From contig MCFE01000328.1 in the NCBI GenBank assembly GCA_002104905.1, positions 30,238 to 94,237 on the forward strand: a stretch of DNA of 64,000 nucleotides. The letters are read 5' to 3'. A program made the translations under genes and the position numbers. Source of the DNA: Basidiobolus meristosporus CBS 931.73 (taxonomy: Eukaryota; Fungi; Basidiobolomycota). The notes beneath the pieces were generated by a model. The model was not told the DNA's origin. It was given only the letters and a program-made list of their open reading frames with translations, and searched no databases. Of this stretch, positions 10,750-22,282 are shown piece by piece (the first letter of the stretch is position 1; each line of letters starts with the position of its first letter).

Positions 10750-11400
10750 CATTCAATAAAGAATTCATGCAAACAAGAACCAGAGTGTACCCAAAAGGGG
10801 AATTAAAATTCAGCAGGGAGAAGAGAATTATTGGCCAAGTACAAAATAGTATTTTGTGGATATTTAAGTGGTTTTCATGGCAACAGTAGCAGCAACCAAG
10901 TATATGCTTGCAGGATGTAAATGTTGCCAGTAACACAAGGTAAATGACAACTTTGCAGGTACCATACTGAAACACCATAAACTTGAGGTGATAGAAGTGT
11001 GCCAAATGCAGCGGGTGCACACATATGGAGAAGGAATGTATTAGCTAAATACCAAGAAGTTCTTTGTGGATAGTCAACAGGTATTCATGGCTAAAGTGGT
11101 GGCAACCAAGCATATGCTGGCAAGATATGTATGTTACCAGCATTACTAGGTACATGACAACTTTGCAAATATTAAACCAGAAAGTTGTAAAGCTGAGGTG
11201 ATGGAAGTGTATCTATTGCTGCAGGTGTGCTTGTATGTAGAGGTTAGTAAGTATAAGGCCATAGTTTTTTGATTCAAGCACTATATGAAATACCCATGGT
11301 AGTAGTGGGTGCGCAAATAAATTGAGGTGATTCCACAATGGTATATGTGAGTGGTGCAAGGGGAGGTAGCCAAATCCCAATCAGATCCACCTACTCACCA
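10750..11400 (+). mobile_element. CACTA transposase 3'-region fragments, partly duplicated in tandem
   Basis: Reverse complement of 12400-12830 and 53100-53500. 10830-11010 and 11040-11230 are diverged tandem copies. Confidence 0.7.
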
Positions 11401-12029
11401 AATGTTCTTTCCTAGTGCTATTGAGGTTAGAAAAAGTCTGTACTTGGATTGGTCTCTTTAATGAAAGAGCAATTTATACATATTACACTGTAACCCTTAT
11501 TGTTGTATATTGTTTCTCTCACTATCACTTTGCTTGGATGAGAGGGTCCCACCTCAATGCTCTAACAGCACCTTAAAGTACTGCACTTGCAACTGGTCCA
11601 ATAGCCAAAATCAACCTACATGATTTGCTAATTAGTGCCTTGTCTTGCTTAATAGGTGGTTGAACAGGGTGGCTTAGCATGCCTGCAGCCAGCTAGGCAA
11701 GATTGTTCATCTTCAGCAGTAGCACTGGTGTTATGAATGGTGAATTTTTTGCAAGCATTCATTGTGAGGGGCTGGGCCTCAGGTTCTAGATTAGCTTGAT
11801 ATTACTTAAATCAGTATGTGAATTGACAAGAGTGGAGCACTGCATTCTGGTTGCCCTGAGTTACATTTACTGAGATGGTAGGCCCAACCCACTGTACTGC
11901 ACACCAGCATGTTTTTGTACCCACCATTAAAAGCTGAGGCTCATGTGCTTATAGTGTGCCTACATTAGAAAGGTCACCAGAAGCAGTTTGCCTACAATCA
12001 GATGCCCAATGAGAAGTTATTTGGTCCTG

Positions 12030-13694
12030 CAGGTGAATCCAATCCAAGTCAGCTATGATAAGCCTGCAACAAGTCTGTCATTAAGCTAGCTGCTTAGAAT
12101 TATTGACCCATTGCACAATCTTATGTTGGCAGTGTGATGACATTTTGCAGATTTTACTGCCAAAGTAAAGCTAATAACTTGATTGTGTTTTAGCAATTTT
12201 TTGACAAGAAGTGCATGGTGTTCTGATGGTCCTAATATGCTCTACATTTATTTGAGTGGACTTAACCAGCAAATACATCCAATTGTCTTATATGGCAAGA
12301 AACTTGACAGTGCCCTTACAGCCTTATTGAAGACCTCTGTTGGCATTATTAAAGTAATATGACAGCCTACAGCTAGTTCCATACAATGCTACCACACCAA
12401 TATTCCAACTGAAGCTTTCTTTTTCTACATCCCCATTTGCCATTCATATACCCACTGTAGAATCACCCTTCTTTATTTTCTAACCTACTGCTATCTTGGA
12501 TACTCCCCACATAGTTTGAGTAAAAAAACAATGGCCTCCTGCTTACTAACCTCTACATACCAGCATCCCCACTGCAATTGGCACACTTCTATCACCTCAA
12601 CTTTACTGCTTTTAAATATGATACTTGCAAAGTTGCCATGTACCTTTTACTGCTGGTAACATACACTTCTTGCCAGCATATGTTTGGTTGTTGCCACTTT
12701 TACCATTAATACCAGCTGAATATTTGCAAAGAACCTTTTGGTATTCAGCCAATATATTCCTTCTCCCTGTTGGATTCTAGTCCCCCTTGAATGTGTACTC
12801 TAGCTCTTGCTTTTGTGAATCCAGTATTGAATAGTGTGGAAACTGGCTTTTGACTAAGAGAAACCCAACATACTTTAGTAAAGTTGTCCTAATAAGGACT
12901 AGCAATTTGTTGCACCCAATACAACTTTGCATTACTTGACTGTTTATTCACAGACAGGGGCTGCTTAGCTTCTGAATGCCAAAGGCATAGGTGTCTCCAT
13001 CTGCACATCTGTCCTCAGTGTTTTACTTCTCTTCTTGGCAGCCCTCCATGTGCCAACTCATTGCATCCCTGATAGGATTGAAGGTAATATTGGTGACAAG
13101 ATTGGGATATGGTAGTACTTGTGACTTGGCTTGTGTTTGTGTCTCCTCTCACATCTGCTCCATAGGAAGCTCCTAAAGGGTGAAGGAAAGCCCAATATGC
13201 TCCATACACCAAGCAAGATGGTGTGGAGAATGGATACATTTGCTGCAGAGATCTACGTGTTGGGCTTTGTGCTTGTAGTACAGCATCTTTAATACTGTCA
13301 CAAACTACTTGCGCAAAACCCAAAGATACATCAGGTTGGCATTGGCAATCTATGTCTGGATAAATATTCCTATAATTGCTTCATATGACTCCAATGTTTC
13401 CTATTTACTCTTGGTAGAAATGGCTTCAGAAGGCTACCTGAATATTTATATATCTATTTCAACCAGTCCTTGCATTTGTATTGTTGCATATGTGTAAGAA
13501 TATTGGTAGGAATCTGTAGGATGTACTTTAGGAAGTGGATGCTCCATAATATCTTGCCAATTCTTTTAGATTGCTTTGGTGTCTCTAAGAGCTCATTTTA
13601 CTTGAAATGCCTGTGTACAACTTGGTCATTAGTATAGGGATATTGTCAAAAAGCAAATGCATTGCTCCCAGTGGAAAGCTTTTGCTCTAACAAG
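12030..13694 (-). mobile_element. CACTA copy, 3' part (continues at 24900 after the gypsy insertion)
   Basis: Matches 52720-54390, including the H-x3-H/GP/W.FP.E region around 13130-13250. The sequence resumes at 24900 (cagata...), matching 54396 onward. Confidence 0.8.
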
Positions 13695-14060
13695 TGTTAT
13701 GATCTACCACCTGAATATTTAAGTTAGATCAGTTTTTAGTCAATTAATTAGTTCTATGTTTAGCTTATCAGTATATTAGTAATTTATACCAAATCAGTAG
13801 CATTAGTCAGCAAATGAACAAGCAGATCCTTCAGACAGAAATGGATATATTAAGTAGGATCTTATTGGGTGATGATAATGCAGTCAAATGAGTCTTCAGC
13901 CACAGCCTACATTAGGAAATACCATTAGTCAGTATTTGATTTGGAAAAATGTATATTAGGAGCTTCTGGAACCTCAATAAAAATTAGTTCAAGCTTTAGG
14001 GGATACAATGCTAGCTAAACTCCCTATTCCTCTACCTCTCTTATACCAAGACTTGTAACA
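13695..14060 (+). repeat. 5' LTR of gypsy A1
   Basis: TGTTATGATC...CTTGTAACA; homologous to 24531-24899, 38593-38960, 40381-40746 and 45131-45499. Confidence 0.92.
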
Positions 14061-14061
14061 T

Positions 14062-14071
14062 TGGTAGCAGC
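14062..14071 (+). promoter_or_regulatory. PBS TGGTAGCAGC, consistent with the 3' end of tRNA-iMet
   Basis: One base after the LTR CA; same motif in A2 at 45120-45129 (minus strand). TGGTAGC complements the ...GCUACCA end of initiator tRNAs that begin AGC. Confidence 0.7.
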
Positions 14072-14118
14072 AATAACCAGAAACCTCCCTCCTGAAGAAC
14101 AAAGAAGCCTCCCACACA

Positions 14119-15921
14119 ATGTCCAAAAATCAAGAATGAAAGAATGCTATGCAGCAAATCCTGCCCCAGCAGCAACAGTTACTCCAGATCCTCAGCCAAC
14201 AGCAACAAGGAATGACTACCATGGCCCAAAGCCAGCAAAGCCCTATCAAGAACAACTTTAGTGTGAAGGTCAACTGGTAACATGGTAGAGTCAATGAAAA
14301 CCTGGAAACCTGGCACTTCCAGATTGAAGAAGCTTTTAAGGCTAAGAGAGTTGCTCCAGAAAGCAAGTTACATTATGTGGCAACATACCTAGCAGATGCA
14401 TCTTAACAGTGGTACCAAAATAAGATTAGGTCAGCCACCATGATGGGATGCTCTACAATCTCTACCTGTTATGAGTTTGTGTTGCAAATTCAGGATGCCT
14501 TTGAACCTCCACACCAACAGACATTACTGAGAAGAAAGTTGAAGATGCTCAGACAGAAAGGAATGGTCCAAGAATACATCTATGAATATAGATGTCTACT
14601 TGGACAAATTTAAAGAATGGACCCTCTGGATCAAGTTTGATACCTTATTGATAGGTTGAAAGAAAGAACTTCTAAGGAAGTGAATTACCAAAAACCTCAG
14701 ACTATTGAGGAAGCTTTCAAGGTTGCCATTGACTATGACTCAGCTATTTTTGGGGTTGGGAAGCCCACAATGACTGATCAGAGAGGCTACAATCACTGTG
14801 AATGAAGACAATCAGAAGCAATGCCAAGGGAAATAGAAGCTATGCAGAAGAATCCTACTTCAGAAGAATGTAAGAAGAAAGAACTTTGCTTTAATTGACA
14901 CCAACGGGGACATACTGAAAGTACCACCCTCAGAAAAAAAATGGACACCACACATCAAGAACCTTAGCCATATTGAAGCCCTACTGCATAGTAACATGGA
15001 GGATGAAGTTGAAGAAGACTCAAGACTCACCTTCCATATGTCAGATGAATACCCATCCCAGATGACCTCAAACTCAGGAAGGCTATTATACTTGAATACA
15101 GTAATAATTGGAGTACCTGCCATGATCATGAATGACTCAGGAGCATTGAATGAGTATATGTCCAAGCAATTTGCTTTGAAAGCTGGAATCAACCTGGAAC
15201 CCACCAAATCAACTTCAGTCTCAACGGCTAATGGGAACTCTCACATAGTTGACCATATTACTCAGCTAGTAAGGATGAAGATCATTAATTACAAAGAAGT
15301 TCTACAGGCCTATATATTTGGGAGCTGCAACTTTGACCTTGTACTTGGGAAAACCTAGCTATTTTGTTGTAATCCATCAATCAGCTGAAGAACCCATGCT
15401 ACTCAGATCCAGAAGGACATCAAGACCTATTAGCTATTACCTACCAGACTGGATTTTAACTTGGTCAATTCCAGTGTGTGTGACACAAGTGAACTTAGCA
15501 GGACACAGTTCTATTGAGCACTAAGAAAGGCACCAAGTTGTTCCTCATGGCAGTATTATAGGAGGATTCCTCTACTCCAATATCCCAAAAGGTCAGATTT
15601 TTTTGAAGGAATATTCAGACGTATTTCCAGATAAGCTTGTAAGCCTACCACCAGTCAGAGCTGTGGATCATGCCAATGAAATGGGAGATAGCCCTCCAGT
15701 GAGTAAGACACCTGACAGAATGAGTCCATTGGAGTTGGAAAAGATGAAGAGACAAATAGTTCGGTAACTGGAGCAAGGATATATTAGACACAGCAAGTCA
15801 CCTTGGGGAGCATCAGTACTTTTTGTGAAGTAGAAGGATGGAACAATTAGGATGTGTATTGACTACAGAGCCTTCATCAGTTACCATGAAGAATAAGTAC
15901 CCCATACCTTGGATTGATGAG
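14119..15921 (+). pseudogene. gag-pol: Gypsy A1 gag, aspartic protease and RT N-terminus (many stops)
   Basis: Gln-rich MSKNQ..KNAMQQIL start, retrotransposon gag (WHFQIEEAF), decayed CCHC near 14885, protease MIMNDSGA (14996..15358), RT start KNKYPIPWIDE ending at ~15921. Confidence 0.85.
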
Positions 15922-17793
15922 CAATCACTGATCAAGGCAAAAATGTGGTAACTAGTAGATTTACCAGATGGGAGAAAGCCAATAGGATGTAGATGGGTCT
16001 ACAAGATCAAAATAACCTCAAATGGTGCCGTTGATAAGTTCAAGGCTATATTGGTTGCTAAGGGCTATTCCCAGATCCAGAGACTAGACTTTAAGGAAAA
16101 CTTTGCTCCAGTTGCCAAGTTGAACTCCATTAGGACAGTTCTAGCCTTGGCAGCTGTACACAGTCTAAATCTACACCAAATGGATGTCAAAACAGCCTTT
16201 CTAAATGAGCATTTGCAAGGAACCATACATATGGAGCAACCAGAAGGTTTTATCAATCCAAAAGACCCCTATAAGGTGTGCAAACTTAGAAAGTTGTTGT
16301 ATGGGCTTAAGTAGGCACATAGAGCATGGTATAACAAGATTGACACATATCTAGAGGAAATTGGGTTCTCTTGCAGCACTGCAAATCACAGTTTATATGT
16401 GAAACAGCTCAAAAAGGGTGTGTTCATCCTAGTTCCTTTTGTAGATAACCTAATTACAGCTACAAGTGACCAAGAGGCACTTAAACAGACAAAATCAGAT
16501 CTCTTCAGCAAGTTTGAAATGAAAGATCTTGGAAAAATGAGCTATTCTCTTGGAGTTGAGGTCAAATTTGATACACCTACGCAGAAAGTTGTGCTGAATC
16601 AGTTTAAGTACCTCAGCGGCATTCTTAGATGCCTCAAAATGGAAAATTGCAAACATGCAGCTACCCCAATGGTCAACAACCTGAAATTCAGCAAATCACA
16701 GCCAGTTATAGATGAAAACAGCTCAAATATGGACCAAAACTTTCCCTATCAGTCAATGGTTGGTAGCCTAGTGTACTTGATGGTATCTACAAGTCCAGAT
16801 ATTGCAGTGGCAGTTGGAATAGTCAGTCAATTCATGCAGAATTATGGATCAGATCAAATTGCAGCAGTTAAGCAGATTTTCAGATATCCACAAGGTACCA
16901 TTTATATAGTACTGAAATACTCTGGAGCAGCTAATAGGCAAATATTTGATAGTAATAGTGATTCAGATTGGGGTAGGGGTCTGATTGACAGAGGCTATAC
17001 CACAGGCTATGTATTTCTTTATGCTGGTGCAGCTATTACTTGGAATTGTAAGAAACAACCCACTGTGGCCCTATCTACAACTGAAGCAGAATATATGGCT
17101 GCATGTCAAGCAACCAAGGAGGCTATATGGCTACAAAAGTTATTCAAAGACTTAGGTTTTGATTCAGATGAACCAACATATATTTACAAGGATAATCAAA
17201 GTTGTATTTCATTAGCTAGAAATTCTACTAATCATGCCAGAACTAAGCACATTGATATTCAGCATCACTTTGTGCGGGAAGCTGTAGAAAGTAACTTAGT
17301 CAAGTTGGCATACTGCCCAACTAACAAAATGGTGGCAGATATATTGACATAACCACTAGCTAGGCCACAGTTTGAAAATTGTAGGGAGGAACTAGGATTA
17401 AGAAATTATTGAGTTGAGGGGGAGTGTAGAGATCTTGGACTATTTGGTGTCATTCTGCAGCTAAAAATTTACTTAACAATACTGGACTAGTCTTGGACAC
17501 TGTGAGAATAATTTACAGCTCTAACTTTGCCACTTTCTTCAGATCTATGATCTTATGATTATTCCCTTATAGTCAGGATCAAATTAGCACTAATACTAAC
17601 TTTTATGTACTAACCCTGAAATTGTTACAGAATGCTCCTGAATATTGAGGGACCCTCCTTACTTAGTGTTACAGCTGTATTATTTCTACAAAGGTATAAA
17701 TACTGAGCTTCTTTATTCATCAACAATAGTTCAACTTTTACCACTATTTCTTGATAAGTTCCTTACATCAAAATCACTTCTTAATTTGAAACA
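15922..17793 (+). mobile_element. pol: Ty1/copia 3' fragment: RT, RNase H, PPT and 3' LTR (17425-17793)
   Basis: ORFs 16051..16314 and 16399..17352 (LHQMDVKTAFLN, FVDN at the YVDD position, SDSDWG, STTEAEY, KDNQSCI, RTKHIDIQHHFVRE). PPT GAGTTGAGGGGGAG precedes the LTR. Confidence 0.92.
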
Positions 17794-20700
17794 GTAAATA
17801 CATGTTGGTTCATGTGAGTTAAAACCTAGGTTTTTGAATGATTTTTGTAGCCATATAGCCTCCTTTGTTGCCTGAGGTGAAGCCATATATTCTGCTTCAG
17901 TTGTAGATAGGCCACAGTTGGTTGTTTCCTGTGATTCCAAGTAATAGCTGCACCAGCATAAATATATACATAGCCTGTGGTAGAGTGTCTGTGAAACAGA
18001 TCCCTACCCCAATCTAAATCACTATAGGCATCAAATCTCTGCCTATTAGCTGCTCCAGAGTATCCCAGTACCATATTTATGGTACCTTGTAAATATCTGA
18101 AAATCTGCTTAAATGCTACAATTTGATCTGATCCATAATTCTGCATGAATTAACTTACTATTCCTACTGCCACTGCAATATCTTTACATGTAGACACCAT
18201 CAAGTACATCAGGTGACTAGCCATTGACTGTTACGGAAAGTTTTGGTCCATATTTGAGCTGTTTTCATCTATTACTGGCTGAGATTTGCTTAATATCAGG
18301 TAATTGTCCATATGGGTAGCTGCAGGTTTGCAATTTTCCATTTTGAAGCATATAAGAATGTCCCTCAGGTACTTAAACTGATTCAGCACATTTTTCTGTT
18401 TAGGTATGTAAAATTTGACTTCAATTTCAAGAGAATAGCTCAATTTTCCAAGATCTTCCATCTCAAACTTGCTGAAGAGATCTGATTTTTTCTGTTTAAG
18501 TGCCTCTTGGCCACTTGTAGCTATAATTAGGCTATCTACATAAGGAACTAGGATGAACACACCCTTTTTGAGCTGTTTCACATATACACTGTGATTTGCA
18601 GTGCTGCAAGAAAACCCAATTTCCTCTAGATATGTGCCAATCTTGTTATACCATGCTCTAGGTGCCTGCTTAAGCCCATACAACAACTTCCTAAGTTTGC
18701 CAACCCTTTAGGGGTCTTTTGGATTGATAAAACCTTCTGGTTGCTCCATATATATGGTTTCTTGCAAATCCTCATTTAGAAAGGCTGTTTTGATGTCCAT
18801 TTGATGTAGATCTAGACTGTGTACAGCTGCCAGAGCTAGTACTGTCCTAATGGAGTTCAACTTGGCAACTGGAGCAAGGTTTTCCTTAAAGTCTAGTCCC
18901 TGGATCTGGGAATAGCCCTTAGCAACCAATATAATCTTGTACTTATCAGCAGTACCATTTGAGGTTATCTTGATCTTGTAGACCCATCTACATCCTATTG
19001 GCTTTCTCCCATTTGGTAAATCTACTAGTTCCCACGTTTTTGCCTTGATCAGTGATTGGTATTCCTCCTGCATGGCTTGTTGCCACATAGTAGCATCAGG
19101 ACTTTGCATTGCATGTTCCAGATTCCAAGGTTTGGCACATAAGGCAAGATAAGCTTCTTCATGATCATTGGATATATGCCACCAGGATCCAGGGGCATTT
19201 CTTGTTCTGGTAGATCCCCTAACCGGGATAATGTGCTCTGATCTGAAACCAACAGAATTATCATCTGTATCTGGCTGAATTAGATACGCATCTTCTTCAT
19301 TAGTGTTGATTACATCATTGGGTAGCTGGCCAATGATTTCTGTGGCTTTCTGATCTGAATTCTCCTCAGGGTACAAGATCCCTGCTCTTGATCAGTTTCT
19401 GAATTTTGCCATCATACACTCTTTACTCTTTTGTATCTTCACAATGCCCAAGAAAGATCCCTTTCCCACTCTTTGATTCCAACTTTGAGTGTTATTTGTC
19501 ATAGATGTGATAAAAAACATTACTTCCAATGATCTTGAGGTGCTGGAGATCTGGTTTTTTGCCTGTATATGCCTCAAGGGGTGTAGAATCATGTAGTGCT
19601 GTTTTTGAACATCTGTTCTTGATGTAAACTGTGGTAGCAACAGATTCAGTCCAAAACATGTAGTCCATTCCCTTATCGTGTAGCATAGATCTTCCCATCT
19701 CTACTATTGTTCTATTTGCTTGTTTTGCTATTTCATATTGCTGTGGAGTATGAGGAACTGTGGTCTGTTGAAGTACACAAGTAGATGAGCAATATTTTGT
19801 AAGCTCCTTTGAACAATATTCTCCTCTATTGTCACTTTGTAGTAACTTCAATTTACACCCACTTTGTGTTTCTGCCATCTTCTTGAAGTGCTTAAACATC
19901 TCAAAAGCTTCATCCTTTTTATTGAGGAAGTACACCCATGTATGTCATGTTTTGTCATCAATAAACATCTTAAAGTATCTCTTACTCCAATGGGCAGTGT
20001 TCTCATGGGGCCACAAATGTCTGAGTGTACAATAGCCAGTATTTTGGTGGTATTATGCCTTCTGAGCTCTTGAAACATTGCCTAGCCTGTTTGCCATATG
20101 AACATCCCTTACAGACATTCAATTTGACCGGAATTGAGTAGTTTAGGCCCCAAATAAGCTGACATTTCACCATTTGGCTCATTTTCTGCTCCCCCATGTA
20201 TCCTAGCCTCCTATGCCATGTCTCCCAGCTGGTTTCATCAGTTTCAGCAATGTTGAAATATTCAGGTACAATAATCTTGCACTATAACTTGTATATACTG
20301 TGATCTCAGATTCCCAAAGCTAATTTTTGTCCATTTTCACTCATTATTGCGCAGCTCATCTTAGTAAAAACAAATTTCAGTCCCTGAGCAGTTGCTTTAC
20401 CGACTGAGAGTAGGTTCTTAGCTATTCCAGGTACATAGAGTACATCAGTCAGTCTTACTGCTGTTGCCCCTGAGCTATTGCGCATATTTAGTTGAATAGA
20501 CCCACTGGCAATAGCTTCCAGAGTAGAGTTATCTCTCAGATAAACCTTTCTTAAGGGAATAGTCTTTAAGTTGCTGAACCACTCCTATATACCACAAATA
20601 TGCTGTGATGCTCCAGAGTTAATATACTATTCATAACTTTGGCTACTTGTACTCTCTTGTACAGTGACAAATTACTGTTCATTAGTGGTTATATGGTTTG

Positions 20701-21873
20701 CCGGCTATAGTTTCTGTTTTTTGTCTGCTTGTTTCTTCTTGCATTCTCTTGTCCAGTGTCCTGGCTTTTTACATTAGTTACAGCAACCAGGTTTCCTCTG
20801 GTTTTGTTGCTTTCCCTTCTTTCTGTGTGCCTTTCTGAACTGAATAAAGTATTATCTTCAATTTTCTCTGCTTGATCATTATGTCTGAGTTCTGCATGGA
20901 GAAGTCTTCCTTTGACATAGTCTAAAGTCAAATTGTATTCTCTGCTTTCAAACAAAAGTATGAGTGGCTCATACTTGTCTGGTAAGCTGCAAAGCCAACA
21001 GAGTATCTTTTCTTCATCATCTACCCCAGCATTAATACTGTAAAGTTCTTCTGCAAGTGTATCCTTTCTAGTAATGAGTTGCAGCATGTCATCATCTGGC
21101 TTCTTCCTCATGTTTAAGAACTTTTGTTTTACATAAAGCTTGCTTTATACTGACTTTGCTCTAAAGATCTTCTCTGAGGATTCCCATGCTGCTTTGGCAG
21201 TATTTGAGGCATCAATTTGTCCAATGAAGGAATCTTGCACATTGATACATATGGCATTAAAGGCCTTTCTCTCCTTCTCTTGAAACTTCTCCACATCTTC
21301 TTCTGCTGTTCCTTTGGACTCAACTTCTTTTCCTGTTATTATATTCTAAAGCTTCCTTTCCTCAAGGTGGATCTGCATCTTGATTCTCCAAAGTTTGTAG
21401 TTCTTCCCATCAAATCTCTCCTTTACAGGGAAAATGTTTGTGTTGTTCTGTTTGTTGGTAGAAGTCATCTTTAAAATAGATTAAGGCAATTGGGGCTTAT
21501 AACCTGCCCCAAGTTAAGCAGTGATTTGGATATAAGGAACTTATCAAGAAATAGTGATAACAGTTGAGCTGTTGTTTATTAATAAAGAAGCTCAGTAGTT
21601 ATACCTGTGTAGAAGTAATACAGCAATAACACTAAGTAAGGAAGGTTTCCCAATATTCAGGAGCACTCCACAATAGTTTCAGGGTTAGTACACAACATTT
21701 AGTAATAGTGCAAATTTGATCCTCATGGTAAGTGAATAACCATAAGATCATAGACCTGAAAAAAGTGGCAGAGTTAGAGCTATAAATTAGTCCCACAGTG
21801 GCCAAGACTAGCCCAGAATTGTTAAGTACATTTGTAGCTGCAGAATGATACCAAATAGTCCAATATTTTAACA
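17794..21873 (-). mobile_element. gag-pol: Ty1/copia copy with 5' LTR (21505-21873), gag, protease, integrase and RT; truncated in RNase H
   Basis: ORFs 20689..21111 (gag), 19492..19935 (integrase LQSDNRGEY), 18708..19376 and 18231..18686 (RT). PBS-like GGTTATAAGCCCC at 21492-21504. Confidence 0.92.
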
Positions 21874-21913
21874 GAGGATCACTTGGGGCACATTTTAAAG
21901 GTCTTGAAGAAGC

Positions 21914-22282
21914 TGTTACAATTTAAGAAGTGATTTGGATATAAGGAACTTATCAAGAAATGGTGATAATAGTTGAACTGTTGTTTATTCATAAAGAAGC
22001 TCAGTATTTATACCTTTGTAGAAGTAATACAGCTGCAACACTAAGTAGGGAGGGTTTCTCAATATTCAGGAGCATTCTGTAACAGCTTCAGGGTTAGTAC
22101 ACAATGTTTGGTAATAGTGCTAATTTGATCCTGACTATAGGGGAATAATCATAAGATCATATATCTGGAGAAAGTGGCAAAGTTAAGGCAGTAAATGAGT
22201 CCTACAGTGACTAAGACTAGCCTAGAATTGTTAAGTAAATTTTTAGCTGCTGAATGATACCAAATAGTCCAATATTTCAGCA
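21914..22282 (-). mobile_element. Copia solo LTR with 5-bp TSD GAAGC, inserted in gypsy A1 RT
   Basis: GAAGC at 21909-13 and 22283-87; 369 bp; closely matches the 33830-34198 LTR. Confidence 0.95.

Noticed and set aside
15922-21873. A single copia element with an internal inversion
   Set aside because: Both parts contain the same RT-RNase H interval with different substitutions, so they are two copies.
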